A stretch of DNA of 64,000 nucleotides from an uncultured Gammaproteobacteria bacterium (lineage in GTDB: Bacteria > Patescibacteriota > Microgenomatia > 2-02-FULL-39-11): NCBI GenBank assembly GCA_964520615.1, contig CAZFNL010000137.1:84898-148897 (forward strand), read 5' to 3'. A program made the position numbers and the translations under genes. Shown here in pieces: positions 1 through 8,691 of this stretch (position 1 is the first letter of the stretch; each line of letters opens with the position of its first letter). Under the pieces are notes generated by a model, which did no database searches, was not told where the DNA came from, and was given only the letters and a program-made list of their open reading frames with translations.

Positions 1-1898
1 AGATAAATGCGGCACCACAACTCAAACACAAATAATATCCAGACGCGCAAATGCTCACTCCAAAGCATCTTGCCCGGTTTTGACTCATAAAATTTATTGA
101 CCACTCCAGATATATATTTTTCGTTGAATATTCCTCTTTTTTTAAGGGACTCTGCGCTTAAAACTGATTTTATATAAGGTTTCAATTTTCCTTTCATGTA
201 AATCACTCTCGGGATGGCAAAACCTGTTTTTTTGTGATTTATCACTTCCTTTGGCAACCAGTCTGCCACAGCTTTCTTGAGGATATATTTTGAAATTCCA
301 TCTCTAAACTTACGGGAAGGGTGAATTCTTGCTGAAAATTCAACAAGTCTGGGATCAAGAAAGGGCACTCTTGCCTCAAGAGAATTTGCCATACTCATCA
401 TATTCATACCCAAAAGCAAATCATCTCTGGTATAGCTTTTAAGGTCAATATAGTTTAATTGATCTACTGGATGCCAGCTTTTTATTTTCTGATACAACCC
501 GTCAAAATAATTTTGTGTGCTATAGTTTCCGTAATGCTTTGCTAAATAATCCTGACTGTAAATGTTTTTTTTCTCCTCCTCCTGATAAGCAAAATAAAGA
601 TAAAGGCTGCGCCGGACAAGAGTCGGCAGATTAAAAAAATCCTGTGATACTGATAAGACTTTCTTCCAGTCTGACCGGAAAGCAATCCTTTTCATCAGTA
701 AAAAAAGGAGTGATCTCGCGGCCGGAGGAATATGGTTGTATATGTCTCCTATAGATTTGGTATTGTAAAGCTCACTGTGGTATCCGGCAAAAAGCTCATC
801 CCCGCCAAGTCCTGACAAAGCTACTTTTACATCCTTTGCCGCCAGACGGGAAATAAAATATGTTTCGAGTGATCCTCCCGTGGGCTGGTCGAAATAATAG
901 ATTATTTGAGGAAGACTCTCTACCAAATCATTCTGTGATACGGTAAACTCCGTATGTATTGTCCCGTAACGTTTTGCTACCATTCCGGCATATTTTCTCT
1001 CATCATAGGCGCTACCCCCTTCAGACCAAAGCGAGTAAGTCCGTACGGGATGTCCTGACGACATTGAAAGAAGCGCAACAACTGTCGAAGAATCCACACC
1101 ACCAGAGAGATACGCACCTACCGGCACATCTGATACCTTGGCATAAGCTACCGCAGATACCAATTTTCTTTTCAGTTCTTCTATTTCCTCTTCTTTCGGA
1201 ATGGTTTTATTCTGCCATAAACCAACCGGGAGTTCCCAGTACTTCTCAATTCCGACTCCTCTTTTATCCACTGTCATGACTCTACCGGGCAAAAGACTAT
1301 TTACCCCTTCTATTATTGTCATAGGACTGGGGATGGAAAATATAGAAAGGTAGTGATGTAAAGATTCCGAACTTATCTCCCTCTTAACCAAACCTGACGC
1401 CAATATAGATTTTAATTCTGAGGCAAAAATAAAAGTTTTACCTACTTTAGTCCAATAGAGAGGGTTTACACCCAATTGATCGCGAACCAATATAAACTTA
1501 GACTGCCGTTTATCCCAGATACAAAATGCAAATTGTCCATTTAGTTTTTTAACAAACATGAGACCATACTCCCTGTAGCCGTTCAATATTACCTCCGTAT
1601 CAGTATGAGAAATGAATTCGTATCCCTTACCGACTAAATCTTTTTTCAATTCTTCAAAATTGAATATTTCACCGTTAAAGGTTATCCAGAATTCCCCATC
1701 TTTTGATGCCATTGGCTGACTACCAGCTATCGTTGGATCAATAATTGCCAGCCTGCGGTTTGCCAATCCGATATTTTCCTCCAAATGCTCACCGTGGCCA
1801 TCAGGACCCCTATGAACCAGAACGGAATCCATTCTGTGAAGGATTTTTTTATCAACTTTATGTCCATCAAAATTAAAAACTCCTGCTATGCCGCACAT
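1..1898 (-). CDS. asnB: Asparagine synthase (glutamine-hydrolysing) family amidotransferase; 3' end runs off the window
   Basis: Missing from the ORF track because the stop lies outside the window. Manual translation from ATG at 1898 gives MCGIAGVFNF...HRGPDG...RRLAIID...QPM...FNGEIFNF (Ntn glutaminase). The same frame ends ...LRVWILFVFELWCRIYL at the window edge, a typical AsnB C-terminus. Confidence 0.93.
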   Translation of the reverse strand, partial: MCGIAGVFNFDGHKVDKKILHRMDSVLVHRGPDGHGEHLEENIGLANRRLAIIDPTIAGSQPMASKDGEFWITFNGEIFNFEELKKDLVGKGYEFISHTDTEVILNGYREYGLMFVKKLNGQFAFCIWDKRQSKFILVRDQLGVNPLYWTKVGKTFIFASELKSILASGLVKREISSESLHHYLSIFSIPSPMTIIEGVNSLLPGRVMTVDKRGVGIEKYWELPVGLWQNKTIPKEEEIEELKRKLVSAVAYAKVSDVPVGAYLSGGVDSSTVVALLSMSSGHPVRTYSLWSEGGSAYDERKYAGMVAKRYGTIHTEFTVSQNDLVESLPQIIYYFDQPTGGSLETYFISRLAAKDVKVALSGLGGDELFAGYHSELYNTKSIGDIYNHIPPAARSLLFLLMKRIAFRSDWKKVLSVSQDFFNLPTLVRRSLYLYFAYQEEEKKNIYSQDYLAKHYGNYSTQNYFDGLYQKIKSWHPVDQLNYIDLKSYTRDDLLLGMNMMSMANSLEARVPFLDPRLVEFSARIHPSRKFRDGISKYILKKAVADWLPKEVINHKKTGFAIPRVIYMKGKLKPYIKSVLSAESLKKRGIFNEKYISGVVNKFYESKPGKMLWSEHLRVWILFVFELWCRIY

Positions 1899-1904
1899 AA
1901 ACGA

Positions 1905-3092
1905 TTAAATTATCTCTTTATAAACATCTTCCGTTCTCTCAACAATTTTATCTATAGAATACTCATTTTTAACCATTCTATTGGCATTTCTCCCGAAATA
2001 ACTGCGGAAATTTTCCCGTTTCAAGATCTCTTCCAAACCCTGTGCTATCTTTTTCGCATTATTATCAACTATTTTGCCCGCGTCGTATTCTATGATTCTG
2101 TCAAAACCTGATTTATCAGATAACAGAAGAGGTAGATTGCAAGCGGCCGCCTCTAACGCGGAAATAGGCATACCCTCAGCGTAGGAAGTCAAAGCAAATA
2201 CATGAGCAGCTGATAAAGCCGCCAGCTTAGCCCTTCCCGTAAGATTACCGGCAAAAATTACCGCTTTTTCCAAACCATTACTCCTTGTTGTCATCTTTAA
2301 GTCGTCCAGATATTCTTTTTTTTCTGCAGGCCCTGCAATCACTAGTTTAATATTGTCTTTTTTATAATGTATATATAATAGTGATTTTATCAGAAGCTCA
2401 ATTCCTTTTTTGGGATGTATCCGTCCAAGAAAAAGAATGACACAATCGTTTTCTTTTAATCCCCATTGACTACGAAATTCAACTTTTTTGGGAAGTTTTA
2501 GGAATAGATTAGCGTCAATACCGTTAGGAATTACTATCACATTTTTCTTATTAATCCCCAATTTCAAATATGATTTTTTCTCTTCCTCTGTCAGGGCGAT
2601 AATTTTTGCCGCTCCCAAAAGGAGTTTTTTGCCGCCAAATTGGTAAAATAACTTTTTCCTTCCTAGATTACCTTCTTTTTCCGACATCTTGGCCGTACCG
2701 TGTCCCGACAATATATAAGGGATGCCCTTTTTTTTTGCCCAAAAAGCCGCCCACAAATGCATTGGGGTATATATTTCATGCATATGGATTATGTCAAAAT
2801 CTGAGATAGTTCTTATAAGTTTAAGGAAAAAAGCTGGCGGGGAAAAAATATGTTTTTTGAAGGCAAGATTTCCGGAAATATTTTTGAAGTAATAAACGCC
2901 AAATCCTTCAATCCTTATTTTTTTATTTGTCTGTGCTTTAATACTATCTGTATCGCTGCCTAAATCAGTAGTAAATACTATCACTTCATGACCATGTTTT
3001 ACCAATTCTCGGCTTAGATTATATACTGCCGTTGCGCTTCCTCCAACTGAAAGAGCTGGAAAAAAGTATGGGACTAATTGAAGAATTTTCAT
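1905..3092 (-). CDS. Glycosyltransferase family 4 (GT-B)
   Basis: FLGRIHPKKG and SYAEGMPISALEAAA (EX7E) motifs; N-terminal GG motif. Confidence 0.92.
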   Translation of the reverse strand: MKILQLVPYFFPALSVGGSATAVYNLSRELVKHGHEVIVFTTDLGSDTDSIKAQTNKKIRIEGFGVYYFKNISGNLAFKKHIFSPPAFFLKLIRTISDFDIIHMHEIYTPMHLWAAFWAKKKGIPYILSGHGTAKMSEKEGNLGRKKLFYQFGGKKLLLGAAKIIALTEEEKKSYLKLGINKKNVIVIPNGIDANLFLKLPKKVEFRSQWGLKENDCVILFLGRIHPKKGIELLIKSLLYIHYKKDNIKLVIAGPAEKKEYLDDLKMTTRSNGLEKAVIFAGNLTGRAKLAALSAAHVFALTSYAEGMPISALEAAACNLPLLLSDKSGFDRIIEYDAGKIVDNNAKKIAQGLEEILKRENFRSYFGRNANRMVKNEYSIDKIVERTEDVYKEII

Positions 3093-4798
3093 TTAGTAAT
3101 CAGATAATCTTCCAGTATCATTGCGTCCAGTCCTGAATTTTCAAAAGTGGAAAGAGCAACGTCAGGAGTACCCACTATTGGAAACCCATGCAGGTTAAAT
3201 GAAGTATTAAGGAGTCCCGCAACACCAGTCAGTTTTTTAAATTCGGTCAATATGCCTCTGTAACCGGGATTCCAGTTATCTACCGTCTGCGGTCTACATG
3301 TTCTGTCATATGGATGAAGCCCGGCAACAATCTCGTCTGCTCTTTCTTTTGTGTCGAAAGCCTCAATCATATATCTGGCAGGTTTTTGGTAATCTTTCAA
3401 ATATTTATCTGAATCCTCCTCCAGAATGGAGGCGGCAAAAGGCATCCAAAAATCCCTTTGCTTTATGGCAAAGTTTAATTTTGAAATCACCCGCAAATCT
3501 CTTGGATCAGCCAGAATACTGCGATTACCCAATGCTCTAGGCCCCCACTCGTCCCGGCCGGCAAACCTGGCGACAATTTTACCACTGTTTAACAGTTTAG
3601 CGGTTTCTTTTGCCATCCCCTTCTCCAATTTCACGGCTTTCTTTTTCCATTTTGATTTTTTTAGTAAACTGTCGACTTCTTCAGAGGAATATTTTTGTCC
3701 GAGATACAAATCTCCAAGCGGCTCAACCTCAGCCTTTATTTTCATCTCCTGACACAATCTGACATAACCTTCAATGGCAACCCCGGCTGGAGTCCCGCCG
3801 TCATCAGCTGCCGGATAGAAAAAAGCTTTTTTCACTTCTGGCATTTCCCTTATTACTTTGTTTGCCTTCACATTGAGAAATGAACCTCCGCTTGCGGCCA
3901 CGTTATGCACTCCGGTATGAGCTATTGCATTTTTTACCCATTGTGAAACCAGATCTTCAAAATATTTCTGTGTTGCAAAGGCAATATTGTCAAATCTGCG
4001 CCCGGCAAGAATAGAAGCAAGATTTCTAGTGACATCATATAGATAAGCACCGAAAATATTCTGGAACTCCAGGGGTCTTCCCGGATTTATCCTGATGATT
4101 TTTTTGAATTCATCCATCAGTCCGTCATCCCTGCCGTATGGCGCGAGTCCCATCACCTTGTACTCATGTTCCCAGCGTTTCATCCCGAGGTACCCGGTTA
4201 TCTCACTGTAAATATTGTTGGACAGGCTGTCATAAAATGTCGTTTCGGCAACTCTTTTGATTTTATTATTTTTACCTACTGAAACCGTAGCGGATAACCC
4301 GTCCCCCGACCCGTCCAGTGTAAGAATTAATGTTTCATCCTGAAAACCTGAACCGTAATAAGCGCAGGCGGCGTGGCTCAGATGATGGTCAATAAAAATG
4401 ATTTTTTTCTCCCCAATCCCAAGACTTTCAAATAGATCCTTCAGTCGACCTGTTTGCCTGAACTTATGAAGAAGTTTTACATATGCTTTTGCAAAAAGAT
4501 GTGAATGAAGGTATGGTGCCAGTTCGACCTGAAGCCTTCCCAGCCAGTTGATGTCAGCATATGGTGGACCCACACGGACAAAACAGCCTATGGCGATAAG
4601 GTCGGTTTGCTCAGGCGGTATCCCCGCAATTTCAAAAACTTTGGCAATGGCAAATACCGGCACGCCGGAATAATTCTTTATGTTATTCAGCCTCTCCTCG
4701 GATATGGCTGAAAGTATTTTCCCGTCACGAAGGAGTGCCGCCCCCGCATTGTGCCCGTCATGAATACCCAAAACAGTAAGATGATTTTTCTTATCCAT
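3089..4798 (-). CDS. O-carbamoyltransferase, NodU/CmcH/TobZ family
   Basis: SEERL, HHLSHA, LDGSGD, EYKVMGLAPYG, GPRALGNRSILADP, PFA and LNTSFN motifs. Confidence 0.93.
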   Translation of the reverse strand: MDKKNHLTVLGIHDGHNAGAALLRDGKILSAISEERLNNIKNYSGVPVFAIAKVFEIAGIPPEQTDLIAIGCFVRVGPPYADINWLGRLQVELAPYLHSHLFAKAYVKLLHKFRQTGRLKDLFESLGIGEKKIIFIDHHLSHAACAYYGSGFQDETLILTLDGSGDGLSATVSVGKNNKIKRVAETTFYDSLSNNIYSEITGYLGMKRWEHEYKVMGLAPYGRDDGLMDEFKKIIRINPGRPLEFQNIFGAYLYDVTRNLASILAGRRFDNIAFATQKYFEDLVSQWVKNAIAHTGVHNVAASGGSFLNVKANKVIREMPEVKKAFFYPAADDGGTPAGVAIEGYVRLCQEMKIKAEVEPLGDLYLGQKYSSEEVDSLLKKSKWKKKAVKLEKGMAKETAKLLNSGKIVARFAGRDEWGPRALGNRSILADPRDLRVISKLNFAIKQRDFWMPFAASILEEDSDKYLKDYQKPARYMIEAFDTKERADEIVAGLHPYDRTCRPQTVDNWNPGYRGILTEFKKLTGVAGLLNTSFNLHGFPIVGTPDVALSTFENSGLDAMILEDYLITK

Positions 4799-4823
4799 AA
4801 CTCTCTAATCTAAAAACTCTACA

Positions 4824-4829
4824 ATTATA
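4824..4829 (-). promoter_or_regulatory. Putative sigma70 -10 box (TATAAT) for the carbamoyltransferase-GT4-asnB unit
   Basis: TATAAT on the minus strand, 25 nt upstream of the ATG at 4798. Confidence 0.45.
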
Positions 4830-4855
4830 CAATAGAACCTCTCTTCCTGCCCAAA

Positions 4856-4939
4856 AACATTCCAATTTCTTATTTTTAATTCCTAATTCCTAATTCATTA
4901 TTCATAATTCCTAATTCATAATTCCTTATTCTTAATTCA
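4856..4939. repeat. Degenerate heptamer tandem array (TAATTCC/TAATTCA/TTATTCA), 9 clear plus about 3 decayed units
   Basis: Units from 4877: taattcc taattcc taattca ttattca taattcc taattca taattcc ttattct taattca. Confidence 0.92.
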
Positions 4940-4972
4940 GCAGACAAATAACTTACAACTAAATACTCTTTC

Positions 4973-4981
4973 TGCTATAAT
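4973..4981 (+). promoter_or_regulatory. Extended -10 promoter (TGcTATAAT) of rfbF; near-leaderless
   Basis: TGCTATAAT ends 9 nt before the ATG at 4991; no Shine-Dalgarno sequence. Confidence 0.65.
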
Positions 4982-4990
4982 CCAGGCTAT

Positions 4991-5770
4991 ATGAAGACAA
5001 TCATACTCTGCGGAGGAACAGGTACCAGGCTTAAAGAAGAAACGGAATACAAGCCAAAACCGATGATAAACGTCGGCGGCAAGCCCATCATTTGGCATAT
5101 CATGAAAATATACGCCCACTGGGGCTTCAATGAGTTTATTCTGGCGCTGGGCTATAAGGCCAACTATATCAAGGACTTTTTCCTCAACCAGAAAGCTTTT
5201 ACCACAGACTTTACACTAGAAACAAAAACACACAAAACTTCCTACCACTGGGAGCATAGAAAAGAAGTGGATGATTTCAAAATCACATTTGTCGATACCG
5301 GCATGGATACTCTTCCGGGAGAAAGGATTCTTCTCTGTGAGAGCTACATCCCCAAAAGCGATAAGGATTTTATGGTGACATACGGCGACGGCGTGACGGA
5401 TCTTGATATCGTAAAACTTGTGAAGTTCCACAAGAAACAAAACACAATAGGAACCATAACCGGAATCCATCCCAAATTTAAGTTTGGAGTGGTAAAAGTA
5501 GGAAACAACAATAAGATACAGGAGTTTAAGGAAAAACCATACATGTCTGATTGGGCAAACGGAGGATATATGGTTTTCAAGAGGGATTATTTCAAATACC
5601 AGAAGCCGAAAGAATTGGAACACGCCGCTCTTGCCCGCCTAGCCAAAATTTCACAGCTCTCCATTTACAAACACACAGGTTTCTGGTTTGCTGTCGACAC
5701 TAACAAAGAATATGACCAACTGAACGGCATCTGGGAAAGCGGCAATCCGCCGTGGAAAGTATGGAAGTGA
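4991..5770 (+). CDS. rfbF: Glucose-1-phosphate cytidylyltransferase
   Basis: ILCGGTGTRLKEETEYKPKPM, IWHIMKIY, VDTG, TYGDG, HTGFW..DT and PPWKVW motifs; adjacent to the rfbG-like gene. Confidence 0.92.
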   Translation: MKTIILCGGTGTRLKEETEYKPKPMINVGGKPIIWHIMKIYAHWGFNEFILALGYKANYIKDFFLNQKAFTTDFTLETKTHKTSYHWEHRKEVDDFKITFVDTGMDTLPGERILLCESYIPKSDKDFMVTYGDGVTDLDIVKLVKFHKKQNTIGTITGIHPKFKFGVVKVGNNNKIQEFKEKPYMSDWANGGYMVFKRDYFKYQKPKELEHAALARLAKISQLSIYKHTGFWFAVDTNKEYDQLNGIWESGNPPWKVWK

Positions 5771-5775
5771 AATTT

Positions 5776-5850
5776 GGTTATGGGTTGTCGGTTGTGAGTT
5801 GTGAGTGTATTTTTTAGTTCCAACTTTTCTAATTTCTGAAATCTAGAATC
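5776..5850. repeat. Two short heptamer arrays in the rfbF-rfbG spacer
   Basis: ggttatg ggttgtc ggttgtg agttgtg agtgtat (5776-5810), then taatttc tgaaatc tagaatc (5830-5850). Confidence 0.75.
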
Positions 5851-5860
5851 TATTTTAATT

Positions 5861-6898
5861 ATGCCGAATAAATACAGAAACATTCTCGTCACCGGTGCCA
5901 CAGGCTTTGTCGGCTCCCACCTGACAGAAGAACTAGTAAAAACAGGAGCAAAGGTTACTGCCACCACTCACCATCCTGTAGCGCGCAATTCCTATTTTGC
6001 CTCAAAGCATCTCGGACGAAAAACAAAAGTGGTACAAATAGAACTGGCTGACTATAAATCAGTTGGAAAGCTGATTTCAGAAACAAAATCTGACTGTATT
6101 TATCACCTGGCCGCCCAACCTGTAGTCGATACAGCTTTCCGGGATCCTAAAGCAACACTATATTCAAATATAGTCGGTACGATAAACCTTCTTGAAGCGG
6201 CAAGAAGATACGGCAAAACCCGAGCAATTGTCATCGCTTCATCGGACAAAGCGTACGGGAAAATGGAACCGGGAATGATGAATAATGAATTAAGAATAAT
6301 GAATACAAAAAAAAATAACTACCAACGACCAACTGCCAACCACCAACTAAAATATATTGAATCCGATCCTCTTCGCGGCGATCATCCCTATGAAGTCTCA
6401 AAATCCTCAGCAGACCTTATCTCCTATTCTTATTTTAAGACTTACGGCCTTCCGGTAACCATTACCCGCTTCGGCAATATTTACGGGGAAGGCGACACGC
6501 ATTTCTCCCGGATCATTCCGGGTATCATGGAGGCAATTGTGAAAAAGAAAACATTTCCTATAAGAAGCAACGGCAAATATATCCGTGACTATCTTTATGT
6601 CAAAGATGTCGTCAGGGGATATATGCTTTTGGCCCAAAATATAGGAAAAACAAAAGGAGAAGCGTACAATTTCGGCTCGGATGAATCGTTGAGTGTAGTA
6701 GATCTGATCAGCCTTCTGGAAAAAGTATTGAAAATAAAGATAAAATATAAGATTCTGGATATAGCCAAAAACGAAATCCCCTACCAGTCGCTGGACTGGA
6801 CCAGAATCAGAAAAACCCTCGGCTGGAAACCCCAATATTCTTTTGCGGATACTGCAAAAAATATTTACCTGTGGTACGCAGGATATTTTCGATCTTAA
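5861..6898 (+). CDS. rfbG: CDP-glucose 4,6-dehydratase-like extended SDR, with an in-frame repeat-derived insertion
   Basis: TGATGFVG, HLAAQP, SSDKAYG, PYEVSK (YxxxK) and RFGNIYGEGD motifs; follows rfbF. Confidence 0.85.
   Translation: MPNKYRNILVTGATGFVGSHLTEELVKTGAKVTATTHHPVARNSYFASKHLGRKTKVVQIELADYKSVGKLISETKSDCIYHLAAQPVVDTAFRDPKATLYSNIVGTINLLEAARRYGKTRAIVIASSDKAYGKMEPGMMNNELRIMNTKKNNYQRPTANHQLKYIESDPLRGDHPYEVSKSSADLISYSYFKTYGLPVTITRFGNIYGEGDTHFSRIIPGIMEAIVKKKTFPIRSNGKYIRDYLYVKDVVRGYMLLAQNIGKTKGEAYNFGSDESLSVVDLISLLEKVLKIKIKYKILDIAKNEIPYQSLDWTRIRKTLGWKPQYSFADTAKNIYLWYAGYFRS
6273..6350 (+). repeat. In-frame 78-bp heptamer-array insertion inside rfbG
   Basis: gaatgat gaataat gaattaa gaataat gaataca, an A-run, then taactac caacgac caactgc caaccac caactaa; encodes MMNNELRIMNTKKNNYQRPTANHQL. 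Confidence 0.88.
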
Positions 6899-6901
6899 AA
6901 C

Positions 6902-7846
6902 TCAATTCTTTCTCCTGTGATCATTTATTATCCTCTCGATTATATATGTAGGCCGTTGCTTCACTTCTTCAAAGATTATCTGTATATATTTCCCCAAAAT
7001 ACTGATAGCCAACATCTGCGCTCCGCCGAAAAAGACAATAGAAAGAAGAATGGGGATTTGCGCCCTGATGGGATTACCAATCAGCAATACAGTAAATAAA
7101 TACAATAAAAGAAAAATAAAAGAAAGTAATGTCAGAAAAAATCCTAAAGTTGTCATAACATCCAAAGGTATGAATGTAAATCCAAGAAGTCCCCTTTGAG
7201 AATCTCTAATGTAATCGAAAAATGTATTCTTGCTTCTACCATACTTTCTTGCGGCTCTTTCGTATTCTACTTTGGCTACACGAAAACCTACCCATGCTCT
7301 CAAGCCTCTAAAAAAACGGTTCCTTTCCGGTAAATCATTTATTACATCCAATACTTTCCTATCCAATAGACAAAAACTTCCAGCCTCAAGAGGCATATCG
7401 ATATTTGAAAGTCTTTTAAAAACTAAGTAAAAGGATTTTCTGATTATTGTCATAACCGGAGTATCGTTGATTTTTTTCCTGACTCCGATTACGACCTGAG
7501 CTCCTTTTTCCCACTCATTCACAAACCTTAAAATTATATCGGGAGGATCCTGAAGGTCGCAATCAACTATTGTTAGCGCGTCCCCGATAGCATGCTTCAT
7601 CGCCGCTTGTGAGGAATATTCGGAAGTGAAATTGCGTGACATAAAAAGCGCGGTTGCTTTTTTGTCATTCCGGCAAATTTTTTTTATCACTTCTCTTGAC
7701 TTGTCCAAACTGGCATTATCCGCAAACACTATCTCATAATCATATTTGCCCAATTTCTTCATCGTTTTTACTATTTCTCCATATGCATAGGAAATATTAT
7801 CCTCCTCATTGTAAGTAGGGACTATGATGGATATAGTTTTTTTCAT
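6902..7846 (-). CDS. GT2 polyprenyl-phosphate glycosyltransferase (GtrB/ArnC-like) with two C-terminal TM helices
   Basis: IVPTYNEEDN, SRNF, DCDLQDPP, ERNRFFRGLRAWVGF, then 2 TMs and EEVKQRPTYII. Confidence 0.9.
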   Translation of the reverse strand: MKKTISIIVPTYNEEDNISYAYGEIVKTMKKLGKYDYEIVFADNASLDKSREVIKKICRNDKKATALFMSRNFTSEYSSQAAMKHAIGDALTIVDCDLQDPPDIILRFVNEWEKGAQVVIGVRKKINDTPVMTIIRKSFYLVFKRLSNIDMPLEAGSFCLLDRKVLDVINDLPERNRFFRGLRAWVGFRVAKVEYERAARKYGRSKNTFFDYIRDSQRGLLGFTFIPLDVMTTLGFFLTLLSFIFLLLYLFTVLLIGNPIRAQIPILLSIVFFGGAQMLAISILGKYIQIIFEEVKQRPTYIIERIINDHRRKN

Positions 7847-8643
7847 TGACGGGGAAACTTAAAACTGATTCTTTTCTGGAGCATTTTTAACCTTTTATCA
7901 TCCTCATGACATATTCTCTCGTAATAATTATTCTTATTCCTCAGCCAAAGCAGTTCAAATTCATTGGCAAGTATTATGCCTTCTTCGATTTTTCCGGAAT
8001 TTCTGGTGGTTTTGAAAACTATTTTCCGGGTTTCGTAATAATCAAGAAGTCCTTTCCGGACTAATTTTTGGATAAAAGGTATGGCTTCTTTGGCAATTCC
8101 GCCGCCCATTGCTGTTTTTAAACGCTTTTTTTTAACCTGCTCAAACATATCTTCGGCAATCTTATACATTCCGGGACTATTTATTTCCTCCCGAGAAATA
8201 CCAAGAGATCCGGACATATCCACCCGACCAAGCGTAATCTTCCCAATAAGTTCTAAATTAGGGGAACGTAATATCTCTTTTAGATTCTGGTAGGCCGTGT
8301 AAGTTTCAATATTTACTCCAAAAATTATCCTCTTCATGAGATCTTCCGGGAAATGATAATTTATTGCCTCAAGAAATTTTTTCATGGCATACGCGCTCTC
8401 TACCATAGGAGCAACAAGTCCCGTTACTCCTATATGCTGCGCTTCAAACATGTCGGTGATCGCTTCAGCACCGCCGATTTTCAATACAATTCCCAATTCG
8501 GCTTTCTCAGCAATATCTTTCAATCTCATTGCCTCATGTATTCTGACCGCCTCTGCTTCAAACTCAGCTTTCACTTCACAAACTCCATAACTCTTTTTCA
8601 TTTTTTTAAGCAATAAAACCATTTCCAGTTCCAAATCCTTCAT
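7843..8643 (-). CDS. HpcH/HpaI aldolase / citrate lyase-like family protein
   Basis: KIGGAEA, APMVES, NIET and GRVDMSGSLG motifs of the pyruvate aldolase TIM barrel; strong AGGAGG RBS at 8649-8654. Confidence 0.75.
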   Translation of the reverse strand: MKDLELEMVLLLKKMKKSYGVCEVKAEFEAEAVRIHEAMRLKDIAEKAELGIVLKIGGAEAITDMFEAQHIGVTGLVAPMVESAYAMKKFLEAINYHFPEDLMKRIIFGVNIETYTAYQNLKEILRSPNLELIGKITLGRVDMSGSLGISREEINSPGMYKIAEDMFEQVKKKRLKTAMGGGIAKEAIPFIQKLVRKGLLDYYETRKIVFKTTRNSGKIEEGIILANEFELLWLRNKNNYYERICHEDDKRLKMLQKRISFKFPRQ

Positions 8644-8691
8644 TTTATCCTCCTTTGATAAATCATTCGGTTATTATATCGTGTATGCCTA

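Noticed and set aside
2728-2736. A/T homopolymers of 9 nt (also 6307-6315, about 45207 and about 63871) as phase-variation tracts
   Set aside because: They are Lys-codon runs in AT-rich DNA with frames intact, and I saw no long G/C tracts.
4856-4939. Possible CRISPR array
   Set aside because: The units are 7 bp and contiguous, with no spacers and no cas genes.
4937-5967. Minus-strand ORFs over rfbF, including 5665..5967 with TTHNRQPITK
   Set aside because: They are antisense to rfbF/rfbG; the odd peptide is just the heptamer array translated.
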